From Octopus sinensis (Eukaryota), in contig NC_043000.1 in the NCBI RefSeq assembly GCF_006345805.1, positions 52,762,001 through 52,826,000 of the forward strand: 64,000 bases of DNA, written 5' to 3'. The notes under the pieces were generated by a model, which saw only the letters and a list, made by a program, of their open reading frames with translations, had not been told where the DNA came from and made no database searches. Below, piece by piece: positions 51,357 to 64,000 of this stretch. Each line of letters starts with the position of its first letter. Position 1 is the first letter of the stretch. The translations under genes and the position numbers were made by a program.

Positions 51357-52639
51357 GTAAACGACACATACGTAAATGCCTCTTATATACTATTTTCTAA
51401 GTCATAAGATTGCGGCCATGCTGGGAAACCGCCTTAAAGAATGTTTTGTTGGATGGATCGACACCAATACTTGTTGTTGTTAAAGCCTGGTACTTTATCG
51501 GCTTGCAATGCTGAACTGCTAGGTAAATATTTGTAAATAGCCATGATTGGTTCCTGGTTACTATCCAGGGCGGAAATATACACTGAAACAGATGTCATGA
51601 AAAGTTCCCAGGATAGAGAAAACTTATTCCCTGAAACTGCACAACCGACTAGTGAATTCTGTTTGTACTGCGAAACGTACTCCTCCATTTCTTTTCTCTC
51701 CTTTTGGCTCTCTCTCTCTAGAAAAATGTTTAGAGAGCAGCACTCCCTGATATATGATTATTAACACCAAGACGGAGTACGTGGCTATATTCATATTATA
51801 CCAGCTCAATTCTCTGCCTACAACAGATGTAATAAGTTCTGCAGGTGGGGAGGAATCCCTTTCAGTCTAGACACATGGCAGCATTTCTTGCTATTCTTTT
51901 CTTTGGGAAGTTTATTCAGAAATTAATAATCTACATTTTATCATGCTGGTATGAACGCCAGTCACTCTCAGATAGCTGACCAACTAAATGATGGAATTGG
52001 TAATGCTTGGGTCCCCATTTCGAGACCTCCCACAAAATTTTTGTGAGCAGTGTTCTCTCATAAAAAAAAATGTACCGTCACACAATATTCCGCCCAAGCT
52101 AGCTCCTACGTCTAAAATTACTAACGACGTTAGGTAAATCATGGGCCACTTAGGTGTAGAGTATTAACTGTATACCCACAACATTTCCGCTTCCCAATCA
52201 CCGTTTCCCCATCTCCGCTTCTCTATTGCTGCATTTCCATCACCGCTTCCTCTTCGCCGCAGTATTTGAAGAGATATCTACAAACAGAGGTCAAAGGAGC
52301 ATGTTCTTGTGTTATCACTCTCTATATATCAACTGCCAGATTTCAGTGACAAATGGATGAAACACAAGTAGGGGGTGTATTAACAGTAGGGTTTTCCAGA
52401 GTATCTTCATTATAAAAGAAAAAAAAATTATCTAAATATCTTTAGAAATTCCTAAATTTAAATTCATGTATGAATGGTCCGTGTATCTTCTTTTTGACTA
52501 GTTTCCCGTTTGGTCTGTTATCGTCTATTTGTTTTTTTTTATCGCATGTTTTTTTTTTGGGGGGGATTTCCCCCGCATGTTTTGTTCTTTCTGTCCTACT
52601 CTTGATTTAGCTATGCGGTGGAGGGTGCAACCTGCATAT

Positions 52640-53189
52640 GTATATATATCGATGCACACTGCATCGACAACAGATTGCATTTCCAGAATATAGAATGATA
52701 CCTTTTAGTGAGCACATTGAGAAATGCGCAAAGCAACTACTGCCACAATTTTTAATCTTCCCATTTTACCAATGTGCTTTCCGATCATCAACACAAATGA
52801 GACTGAACAAGGAAACATTCTTCATTGAAAAGTACAAACCCAGACTCAACCATCCGAACATACTGACACAGAGAAATTAACAAGGAAAAGGGAAAAAAAA
52901 TTTTTAAGCGATTATCTCCCTTACACCGGAATAAATCACTCACTACCTCCCCTTATTTAGAAATCTCCTGGAAATAAAAACAACGATAACTCCATGCAAT
53001 ATAAACATAACGTCACAAGAAATTTGAAAAGCTACACGCGAAACCGGTAATTTCTTTAAAAATTTTAAAATTATGTCATTTTAAGGAAAGGAAAAAAAAT
53101 TTTTCCAATATTCTCCAGACATTTTGACACAAATATATATATTTTTTAACATTTAAGCCTTCTGTCGTTTTTTCACACTTTACTATTTT

Positions 53190-53259
<70 letters not shown>

Positions 53260-53310
53260 TATACATATATATATGTATATATATATATATATGCATATAT
53301 ATACATATAT

Positions 53311-53385
<75 letters not shown>

Positions 53386-53570
53386 ATATACATATATGTT
53401 AATACTTACGCCAAGCTAACATAGCAGTCCAGGAAATTAGGACGAATGCTGCCGTTGAGCCGTTGATTAACTCCAAGAGGCTTCCCCTTGCTGGCTCAAC
53501 ATCCACACACTAGTGGGGCAAATACCCCGAAACTAGTCTGTGGATGTTGAACCAGGAAGGGGAAGGTTAT
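52640..53570 (+). mobile_element. Penelope-like element 3' end (endonuclease C-terminus plus terminal repeat)
   Basis: ORF 52638-52880: LHRQQIAFPEYRMIPFSEHIEKCAK...FLIFPFYQC...MRLNKETFFIEKYKPRLN; microsatellite-interrupted 3' region ending in a hammerhead-like hairpin. Linkage of the two parts is inferred. Confidence 0.65.
53481..53565 (+). ncRNA. Hammerhead-ribozyme relic (type I) with a destroyed catalytic core
   Basis: 27-bp helix I (25/27 matched), helix II GGGG-caaata-CCCC, GAAA, palindromic helix III ACTAGT, GTC triplet; the 7-nt core reads CACTAGT instead of CTGANGA. Confidence 0.6.
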
Positions 53571-54770
53571 GTGGAAACTCTGAACGAAGCATTTGAGAGA
53601 GAATGCAAAATATTTATATATTTATTGCTTCATGTATTTCTCTTTATTACACAAAGATTATGAGAGTATCATCAATTACGTCCAGCTGCATAAGCCCGAG
53701 AAAATGAGTGTATGTGCATATTCAATTAACTGATTTCTGTTTAGATCTCTGAAGCAAATATTTCAAAATGGATAAGTATCATTAATGTATTTTGAAACCG
53801 AAGTACATTTCCGTGTCGTAGATTTTTTTATATATGTAACCGATATTTCAATGTTTTGCAGACAACAATGCCGGAGCAGCTGAATGTAGGGGAAGATTAT
53901 ACATATCTTAATTGTAACATTTCATTTATCTCTGTTAAGCCGACAAGAAGCCATTGATATGTCTCTATCTTCTTCATTATTTTTTCTTGCTTTAGTCACC
54001 CTCAAGAATGTGTGTTAAGTACCACCTGACGTCAAAACATTTATAAAATACTTGTTGTTTTGGTAAGATTGCATTGACATGGTCTTCACATCTTTGCTCA
54101 GTCACATTCAAATCTTGAGAATTATTTTGTTACCTATGAAATAAAAGCAGCTCTAGAATGATAATATCGCAAAGTACGCAATTTCCGGCATGCCAGAACA
54201 TGGTTTTACAAGCCACGAGCCTGTAAGTCGTGGACTGCCTAGGTGTCTTGCTTTCTTCCCTGGGGGATACGTGATGTTGCTAAGCCACAAAAATGACAAA
54301 AACATGGATGTTCATCCCTTTCCTATGGAGTTGAAGGCGAATTACCTCGCCTGTCCATGATTCGGGTGCATTGAGTGTATATACTCCACCAGGGTATTGA
54401 ATTCACGGGAAAATACACGAAGCGTATATTTCAAGTATGTGTGTTTAATAACATGTTACTATCGCTTACATCTAAAGGAATCAAGATGAGATAATGCTGA
54501 CATCTTGGAAGTGTTCTTTTGTTGGTGTGTTTCTTTGCTTCACCCAATTGCAGATGAGCGACACAGAAGCTGATTGCTGGGAAACACACAATTTCATTTC
54601 CGATGTCTTCTTAAGTGTTGCATATGTTGACAAGCAGCGATAGCAGCGTGTGCGTAATTCCTTAAAGATATTTTACTCGTTAACTTTTGTGTTGTGGTAA
54701 AATATCGGAAGTATAAATGTGTACGTGTGTAGGTATGTGTGTACGTATGTATCAATGTGCGTACGTATAT

Positions 54771-54842
<72 letters not shown>

Positions 54843-56389
54843 TATATATAAGTACATGTATATGTGTGTGTGTTTGTTTCTATCGTTCTGTATGTATAAA
54901 TTAGCATATGATTGATTGGAAATATGTTTTTTTGTTTTATTAAAACACCGATCAAACAAACCTCATCGTCATCCGTACGAGAACATATCAAAAACTGATT
55001 TATAAAAGTAGTCGTTATGGGCAGCTAAGTAAGTAAATAGGCAGGTATGGTGACTGTAGAGACGATAATGGTGACAATGATAATTGTGATGTTATTGCTA
55101 AGAATGGAATAACTCTGTTGGTGGAAGAAATAATAAGGACAGAAATTGACTTGAAGCTAATAGAGATGATTGTGATGATGTCAATGATAGATGTGGGAAT
55201 GATGATTATGACAGTGTTCGTGATGGTGAGGATAAAGTAAGCATACGAGGCAATAGCAAAACGGATGCATTTATTACAAAAGTGCGTTTAGATGTAGGAG
55301 TACAAATAGGACAAAATTGAAGGAAATATTTTGACACTAGAAATACGGCAGTTAAGTAACATACTAACATAAATGCATATATACACATATTTTCACATAT
55401 AATATTTTTGCGCACCGTTAGCGTTTACCAGATTCGACCGCAAAATATTCGTTGACTCGACTCATACATATACTCGTACTTGCACAAAGTGCAACCCACT
55501 AGAATTGAACCTGAAGCAATATTAGTGAAGCGGACCTTTTAACAATGTAGTCATATGTGCTTTTATATTGAGGAACTGTAGTTGGTTTCTGTTTCAATTT
55601 ACTGGGTAAACTGCATTCAAGAATACAACATCCTGAACCATCTCTTCTTTATTGAAAACAGTTCGAAAATGAGATTTTCAAAACAAAATATGCATCTCCA
55701 ATGAATGCCGGTCGAGCAACTATGGAGATTTGTGATCGCTGGCTCCAGCGTCTTGTTGTCTTCAACTGTCTCGTGATTTCACCTAAAAATTAAACATTCA
55801 TTATGTCATCATATAGTTTACAATGCGTAAATCAATAGATTTATATATATATAACGAATATATGAGAACATTTTCTCTATGATCCTGAAACTGGCTTGTA
55901 AAATTCAAATGTTTATTATGTCCAAAATCGTTAATTTAACATAATGAATGGATATTCTTCTTAACCATTTATAATGGGAATAGCTTTGTTATTGTATTTA
56001 ATATATTTGATTTGCAGTATGGGTTCATGATTTCGGCGCGGCAAATTGGGAAAATGTCTTCTGTCATAGATTGTGTCAACCTAATGAATGTAAATAATGT
56101 TGGCGAACGGAATCTGTATGGAAGCTGCGTAAGCTAATCAGATTGTCCCTTGTAGGGTTGGTGAACCGAACGACGTTCTTAACCCATTATTCAGTTCATC
56201 ACCCCCACTTCGCAATTATATATATTTAGTTGAGTCCCCTCTTGCCCGTTCTCTAAAATTTCACGCCTAAAGATGAGTTCCTAGAAGGCTTGCAAAATGT
56301 CATCGGAAGATTCTGTCATTCATTTACGCCAGAAAATTAGTATCTAAATACAATGACACTTTGCACTGATATTGATTTCAAATTTTGAT

Positions 56390-56575
56390 ACAAGGCCAAT
56401 AATTTTGTGGGAAGGTGTAAGTTTATTACATCGACCCCAGTGTTTAACTGGACACCGAAATAATTGAAAGCAAAGTCGACCTCGGCAGAACTTGAACTCA
56501 GAACGGAAGGACGGACGAAAAACTGCTAAGCATTTTGTCCAACTTGCTTATGATTCTTGCCAATCCGCCTCCTTA
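56390..56575 (-). mobile_element. tRNA-derived SINE (same family as 3670)
   Basis: acatcgaccccagtgtttaactgg...gtcgacctcggcagaacttgaactcagaacg...ctaagcattttg...ccgcctcctt. Confidence 0.75.
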
Positions 56576-57858
56576 CACTAGCGAATATTAAATGGTTGAT
56601 GACACCATAAGCTATTAAACATTATTGATATGAAAACAAACAATATAAGCCTTCGTATTTTCTTCACCATCGGCTCCATACCAGGTGATATTTGTGTTTT
56701 ATACCATTAGAAATTCAGGGGTGTAAAAAATGAAATGTCTGCAATTAAATTGAGCGTATATTTGTTAAATTTAGTTTTTTTCAAAAATACGTATTTCAAA
56801 GAAGAAAGAAATTAGATGATAAATGCATATCACTGCGCAAAATATCGCTTTTGTTAAGTACTCCTATGTAAGCTCATAAAATATCCCCATATATAATCAG
56901 ATATTAACGATGCATTATTATATGAATATTGTGTCTATGTGTTGTGTTTCTGGTCTCTATGATTATTAATGTAGACATTAATCTCAAAAATGATAGGATG
57001 TATGTAAAATGAATAATAGCCCTCGTATATATTGTGAACGCTACAAAAAAAAAAGAAGAAACAGTGAAATAATTGCAAAATTGTAATTAATGAGTCGCGG
57101 TTCCTTTAATGTATCACAATATAGTTTGCGCATGAAATTTTTCGCATGGATTCTACTTAATATTCTAATTTTTACGTTATAATAAGATGATCCTTGATAT
57201 AATCTTGATGACATATATTGGCGTTATTCCATGCAGAAATGGGTTGATGCTCATAAATCATAACTGACATTGACGTGTTTAAAATATGGACTGGGGAGTA
57301 TATTCAACTACATGGTAAGGATACATATTTAGACTCCATTAAACGCATATATTATTGTCAATACATTCGATTTCTTTATTGATCTGTAACAGTAATAGGA
57401 AAGTAATCAATGATGTTTTAAGGACAGAAGTTGAGAAGGAATGTACCCGTCAGAGTGATTTCTTACAGAGTATATCCGAGTGTGAGTGACGTTTCATTTT
57501 CTCATAAGAGCTCAACTCTCCATATATGGGTATCCTATAGATAGTGTATCAGGTGGAACATACATATATGTGTGTAGACTGAAAGTCATGGTAAATTGCA
57601 TATGTGTGTGCATGCTCGTGCGTGTTGGTGTATTTCTTAAAATAGCTTGATTCTGCTTTAAGTAATAATGCATAACTCATACTAAGTGTGATGAGTTCCC
57701 TTTTCTTTCAATTTCTTTGTCGACTTACACGCAAGCATGTATCTGGCTCATACAATGTTCACTTTTCAGACATTTCTACATTGCTGCATATGTTTTATAC
57801 GGACTTTTGACAAGTTGCGATACACCTGAGCAATGTATACAATAATTCATTATATGTG

Positions 57859-57911
<53 letters not shown>

Positions 57912-58082
57912 ATATCTATATATATATATTGTCGTATTTAGGAATGGTTATGTTGCCAGTTTAGCCAATAAAAACACACGCACTATATATTTGGTGTTAA
58001 ATTGCTTCAGCTTTATTTAATTTTTACATTAATATTAATCTTATTAATCTTTATTGTATGTGTTGCACACAAATATATAAAC

Positions 58083-58147
<65 letters not shown>

Positions 58148-58324
58148 TGTTGTGTCATTCTCTTTCAGTGCCTTATTATTTAACACACTCACCGGTACAA
58201 TTTCCACTTATTTCTTATTTTTATTTTCTAAAATTTTCGTTGCGTCTTGCAACCTTTTGAATAGTCTTGACTCTGTCCGTCATTTACACTGCGTTCCCTT
58301 TTGTTTGTTTGTGCGCATATGTGT

Positions 58325-58660
58325 AGGTTAGTGTGTGTGTGTGTGCCTATACATGCATACATGTACGTATGTATGTGTGTATGTGTTTGCATGTGTATGT
58401 ATGTATATATGTGTATGTATGCATATGTATGTGTGTGCATCTGTATGTACGTATCCTGCATATTTATGTGCTTGCCTGTCCGTGTTTGTGTATTTTCTAT
58501 GTATGTGTGTGTGAGCATGTGTTTGCATATGTATGAACCTGTCTCCTTGTGTGTGCATATCTGTGTATGTGTGTGTTATGTAGCTATGTACCATGTTTGT
58601 ATGTATGGATGTGCATCATTATATGTGTGAATCAGTGTCTCTATATGTGTCTGTTCTTGT
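58325..58660. repeat. Degenerate (TG/TATG)n low-complexity tract
   Basis: Direct inspection. Confidence 0.85.
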
Positions 58661-60427
58661 AACCTATGTACCTATCCGTCTGTATGTTGATCTGTTTATT
58701 TACATATTTCTCTTTCGCATAGTTTAACAAACAGTATTCTCGAAATGAACGGCAACTAATTGGGGTTTACTTGAAAATATATCAAACCATTGCCATTTAT
58801 TTCAGAAACAATATATGAACTTAGTGAAATGATGACATACCTTTTAGAGTTTCTTTATTGTCACTTCAGTGAATATGAATTCCTAATTTTATCCTTGGTA
58901 ATGTTACCTAAAGCTAAAAGTAAAATTTTGAATACATTTCTGAAAAGATTTGTAACTATTTGTGCAAATTTGAATTATATACACAATAATCTATAATGTA
59001 CCGCAACTTTTCAAACACACACACACACACACACACATACACATTTACGTGCGTACACGCCGCACACACACAGAGACATGCACACACTCACATATAAAGG
59101 AAAGTCTTAATCATAATTTTCGATAATATATTACCACACATTTATATAGGAAAACACTCCATATACCTGCTCACTGTCATGCAAGCTTTACCTAACGTTC
59201 AGCAGGAAGTTATACGGTAGCAACGCATTTATTTTCCCCTTGATATATAATCCGCAATCCCATTGCTAAATATTTATGGCAAGTTTACTTTTTTCCCTTA
59301 CATTATCTTGTAGAAGAAGTATTATTTATTGTTCCTTCATTTTATTCTACCACTCTCTACCTATCATTTTCTTTGCCTCTCTGTCTCTGTCTCTCTAGTT
59401 CTGTCTCTCTCTTTCACTGTATGTGTGCATAATATTTTGTTTTATAAACAATACATTATACCGTATCTATGTGGCATACGATCATACTCATACCTGAGAC
59501 CTCATATACACACAACGTATATATATATATGCACATATAACGAGAAGATGGAATGATCAGACATTAATAAGTAATTACCACAGTTGTTTCTGTGCATTGG
59601 TAATTGCTATTACTTGCTAAGTTTGCTATATTATATTGTTGCATAAATATTGTCTAAATGGATGTTCCAGTTGAAGCTGCGTACCTGCATATTATCTAAT
59701 GAATGGCCTTGACAGCACTGCTGGACCCCCTGCACTTTTTCTTGTTTTGTAATTTTTATGTAAACTCTGCATACACTGATGGATTTCCACATGTATTTCC
59801 TGTAAAAAGCTTAATCCTACTGTAACCCTTTAGGACTTTCGAAATGCACCTTATGAGGTTATTACCCAGATTATATCTTATACACACAAACATATATCCG
59901 CAACCATTTCGTTACGTTTGCACACGAATTTACATAGACGCAGATAAAACACGATCACACACACAGAAGAATTTTAGACAATGTGTGATGAAATCAAAGT
60001 TTAACCGGAACATTTAAAATATAGGTTTTTGCAGTTATGATCTTACGTTGTCACTAACTTTGGTAATCGGGTTATTCAAAGTCGCGAAAAAGAAATTAGT
60101 ACAAGAATTTAGTCATCAGTTTCGCGAGCAAAGAATTTAACATTTACTTTATTCAACATAAAATGCCCGTCGGGTGTTTTCAAATTAGTCGCAATGAGAG
60201 GAAGCATCTTTTCGCATATGAGCATTCAAGTTCGGAAATAAGTTTATGAAATTTACATCTCTGTTTTACCCACATTCTAAGAAGTGAATGTTAAAAATTA
60301 AAGATTAAATAATATTATTATGTTATTATAGTTACCCGGAAGAAATAAATTGCGTCATTCTTCTGTCCACGAACCGGTCGGTATTAGTTGCGTTTTATAT
60401 CCGTTTCTCATACACCAAATTGTAATC

Positions 60428-60880
60428 ATGCAGTCACGCGTAAGGTACATGCATATATCGGAAGACGATAGGGCAAGTGTGGTTGAGACCTTCGAGGGGC
60501 ATCAAACCGATTACCGGCAACTGGCAGACACACTTGGCATTAAAAGGAGTTGTACGCGATCCATAGTAGCGACATTACTACGGTCTGGGAGGTGCTACAA
60601 GTTGCCCAGAGGAGGTGCCCACCGCGTTAAGGTTTATGAGGAATGCGAGCCAAGCTTCGGGTGATTATTGATGCCAATTCACTTGCAACCATTCAACAGA
60701 CGGAGAGGGATTTAGAGACAGCATTACCCAGAATGCTACCTGCTTCCGTGTCTGCAGTTTCACGAGCACTAGATCGGATGTTGATAACTATGACGTTGGT
60801 CGAAGACATCCCAGATGCAAGAAATGATCCAAGAGCTGTGGAAAACGCATTGGTTCATGGAGCAGGGAGTCGTCGACCAT
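60428..60880 (+). pseudogene. IS630/Tc1/mariner-superfamily transposase N-terminal (HTH) fragment
   Basis: MQSRVRYMHISEDDRASVVETF...YRQLADTLGIKRSCTRSIV...KLPRGG..VKV, frameshifted into MRAKLRVIIDANSLATIQQ...SVSAVSRALDRMLITM; catalytic domain absent (a SINE fragment follows). Confidence 0.55.
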
Positions 60881-60924
60881 TTCGTATTCCATGATCAATG
60901 TGCGTACAACATCTAGACGAGTAT

Positions 60925-61020
60925 GAAAACCAATATCGGTGGAATTTGAACTCAGAACGTTAAAACAGACGAAACGATGCTCAATCATTTTTTCCAGCGT
61001 AGTTAACGATTCTGCCAGCT
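60925..61020 (-). mobile_element. tRNA-derived SINE head fragment
   Basis: ggaatttgaactcagaacgttaaaacagacgaaa...gttaacgattctgccagctc. Confidence 0.7.
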
Positions 61021-61668
61021 CATGGTCTAACAAAACTTTCTCATATTTTTATAAATCATTGCGCTGTAGTGAAGTCGATAACTAGCTACAAGAAAATTCT
61101 AAGTGATCAAATATGGAGACAGTGATGCAGAGATACATGCATGTGCTTGATATGTAAAATAGACTCATGTAAAAATATATAGGGATTTATATGTAGTGGG
61201 TGGCAACAACTGAAAATATTCAAATATGTAGTTATTTATGTTTACAAAACACATTTACATTGAGAACAACATATAAGAGGAAACGTCAAGGTAATTTAAC
61301 CCACACAATCCATCTTTCCACCCTGACAATGGAGGCCACATTTACGGCGACGCTTATATGCATCCTCTGTTGGTTGCATATCATTGAATTTCTAAATTCT
61401 GAGCAGTACAACAATTACGGAATTCCAAGCCCTCAGAAACAGCTGTAGATCTGGAATTACTATGCCTTCGTCTCTTAGAATTGTTTATACTTTTTCCACC
61501 ATGCAAATTTGTTTTATAAACATACAGTGATCTACATGGGTATACATGAGTGGTCATCCGAATGTTTCTCGCCCAGTCTCTGTCTGTCTATTGGATCTGT
61601 CTATCTGTAAGTCTATCTTTCTCTCTCTCCCACTCTCTCTCTATCTCTCTCTCTTTATATATATATGG

Positions 61669-61713
<45 letters not shown>

Positions 61714-61715
61714 CA

Positions 61716-61748
<33 letters not shown>

Positions 61749-61851
61749 TTATATATGCATATATATGTGTATATCTTGTATATCAAGACCAAGCTTGTCT
61801 ATCTGTATCAATTTCTCTCTCTGTCTTTCTTTTTCTCTCTCTCTCCCTACG

Positions 61852-61882
<31 letters not shown>

Positions 61883-62699
61883 CTTATGTATGACAAAATA
61901 TGTATAACTGTAAAAGCATTTCCATTTAAATGAGAAATATCATCTACATATATTTGCTCCATTTTACTTGCGTTCAGAGATATTCATGCTTTTTTTATAG
62001 ATACAGTACACAATCATATAGGAGTTTATTTTGCATTTCTCTCTTGTTCTTACCATGATAGGTATTTACATGTGCTAAGATTGCCTTTATTCAATATTTT
62101 AGTGTCGACCATATACTACCACATCGTCAGAAACATCAAACAGTTCAGCATGTATTTCAACTTTTTACTGTCTGTGCCATCTATATATCTCTGTTTATAA
62201 ACGTGGAAGAGAATCGATAAATTAATCATATCTGATTTGAAATAATCTAATTTGTTGAAACTACAGTAATATATCTACAGAAGCTACTATTAAACTCGAT
62301 CAATTCCGAATACTGCCTTTAATCTGAATGACTATCACTGTGGAGTTGTCACAAATATCATGTTAGAAGTATACCAATACATTGTATGAAACGTATAAGA
62401 ATTTACTAGAATTTGAAAAGATCGAATGCATGAATAGAATAGTATATTTCTCTCTCTCATACACAATTCCTCTACATGACACCACCTCCACTGAGACTTA
62501 TTCCAAGATCATTTTCTCTTACTCTGCATCTACGATTGAAGATTTTGTTGAAGACAGACTTTAATTCTCGTTTTCTGTCTTAATGGATGACACCTTAAAG
62601 GGCTTTCCTCCCTTCCTTCCTTCCTTCCTTCCTTTCGTGCTACAACTAGGTTAGTAATGCTTTTTTCTGAGTCAGATGGAAGGGTACAGCTTACATACC

Positions 62700-62860
62700 T
62701 AACAACCTACCAACCAACGTACCAACCTACCTAGCTAACTACCTACATGCCTACCTACCTATCTACTACCTACCTACGTACCTACGTACCTACGTACCTA
62801 TCTACCTACCTACCTACCTACCTACCTACCTACCTACCTACATTCATATACATACATACA
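62700..62860. repeat. (CTAC)n/(TACA)n microsatellite
   Basis: Direct inspection. Confidence 0.9.
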
Positions 62861-63030
62861 TACATACCAACGTGCTTACCACCTATACTATTACTCTATC
62901 TGTTTCTCCAACTTTATTCTCTTTCTACCCTTGTTTGCCTCCCTTGTACCCTTCTCTTCTCCCTCTGTTTCTGCTATTTCTGAACTTCGGTATGTGGTGA
63001 TGCATTTCTTTTGCTGATCCCTTATATTAG

Positions 63031-63070
<40 letters not shown>

Positions 63071-64000
63071 TATATATATTATATATATGGTGTGTGTGTG
63101 TGTGTGTGTGTGTTGTGTGTGTGTGTGTAGCTCGTATTGTACTCGGTTTGCATGATTATTGATGTGAATTCGTGTGTTGAAAGAAATGCTACTGAACCTT
63201 GGGAGGAGCACTATGCCGGTAATAATAAACACACGCACTGGTTCGATCCGTTATTGTTATTGTTAATTAATGGTTTAGTTACTCCGTTAACCAATTTATC
63301 GATCAGCCGTTTTTTTTTTACTAGTTTAACAAACCCATATGTTAAACATTTTGTTCAAACAGCTAAATCTTTCAAATGTTTAGTATTGTTCGTGTTGTCA
63401 TGTTTTTTTTCATTTGTCAAAAAATTATTTCATCACATTGTTGCAATCTCCAGTGACACGTCTCGCTGTACCACCATATGTTTTCAACTTATATTCCTGC
63501 GTTGAGATTCATCTGAAACCTGTCAGAGATGATTGTGTGAGTGTGTGTATATCTGTATGTGTGTGTGTTTAAACGTAAATGTGTGTGCTTTAAATACTGA
63601 CTATATCAGTTTTTTTATACATAAGATAGCGGTTTTGGTTTTCTCTTTGTTTTCTTCACAAACGCACACATTCATCCATATAATGGTTCTCTCAAAGACA
63701 GCTAAACCGTCTTCTATGCTCGATAAATGTTGAATAAATTGCTATCTATCTGTGCGTGAGCATGAGCATACATATGCGTGCGCGTGTCAATGTGTGTATG
63801 GGAGGGCATGTGTGTACGAGTGTGTGTCTGTGATTGCGTGTACGGGTGTGTGTGAGTGTGTCCTTGTGTGTGTGTATGAGTATGTGCATGTATATATGTG
63901 TGTGTGTGTGTGTGTGTGTATATGTGAGCAGTGCGCTGGTGATCGTCAGTAAATCCTGAATCCGAAAAAGAAGCATACTCTAAGTTATAGAGCAGCAGAG

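Noticed and set aside
57250-57490. Two possible plus-strand exons (…IDVFKIWTGEYIQLH|gtaag and NRKVINDVLRTEVEKEC…)
   Set aside because: The first needs a frameshift, and the phases of the two are incompatible.
62440-62570. LGISLSGGG patatin/PDZ-like motif on the minus strand
   Set aside because: Followed within a few codons by stops, with no other supporting motifs.

Overview
AT-rich eukaryotic genomic DNA packed with (TA)n, (TATG)n, (TATC)n and (TAA)n microsatellites. The SINE and repeat families look like octopod cephalopod (Octopus-like) DNA; this comes from my recall of repeat families, not from a database search. I could not reconstruct an intact host gene, and most ORF-track entries are microsatellite or antisense artefacts. 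The window is mainly a transposon graveyard. DNA transposons: a Chapaev3-like element, two mariners, two copies of one Tc1 family, an IS630/Tc1-like fragment, a piggyBac-like remnant and non-autonomous Helitrons. Retroelements: a young 5'-truncated CR1/L2-type LINE with a 403-aa open RT segment, several R4/Dong-type LINE pieces clustered at (TAA)n tracts, Penelope-like (PLE) fragments and many tRNA-derived SINEs. The most unusual signals are: (i) hammerhead-ribozyme-like folds in repeat termini, one embedded in a 113-bp near-perfect palindrome (12645-12757) and one with textbook helices but a replaced catalytic core (53481-53565); (ii) a 3x ~830-bp tandem array whose units carry a permuted hammerhead-like motif (38871-41364); (iii) a 21-nt/heptad coding-like repeat inside a candidate exon (37112-37438). 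All ribozyme and exon calls come from manual inspection and are unverified.
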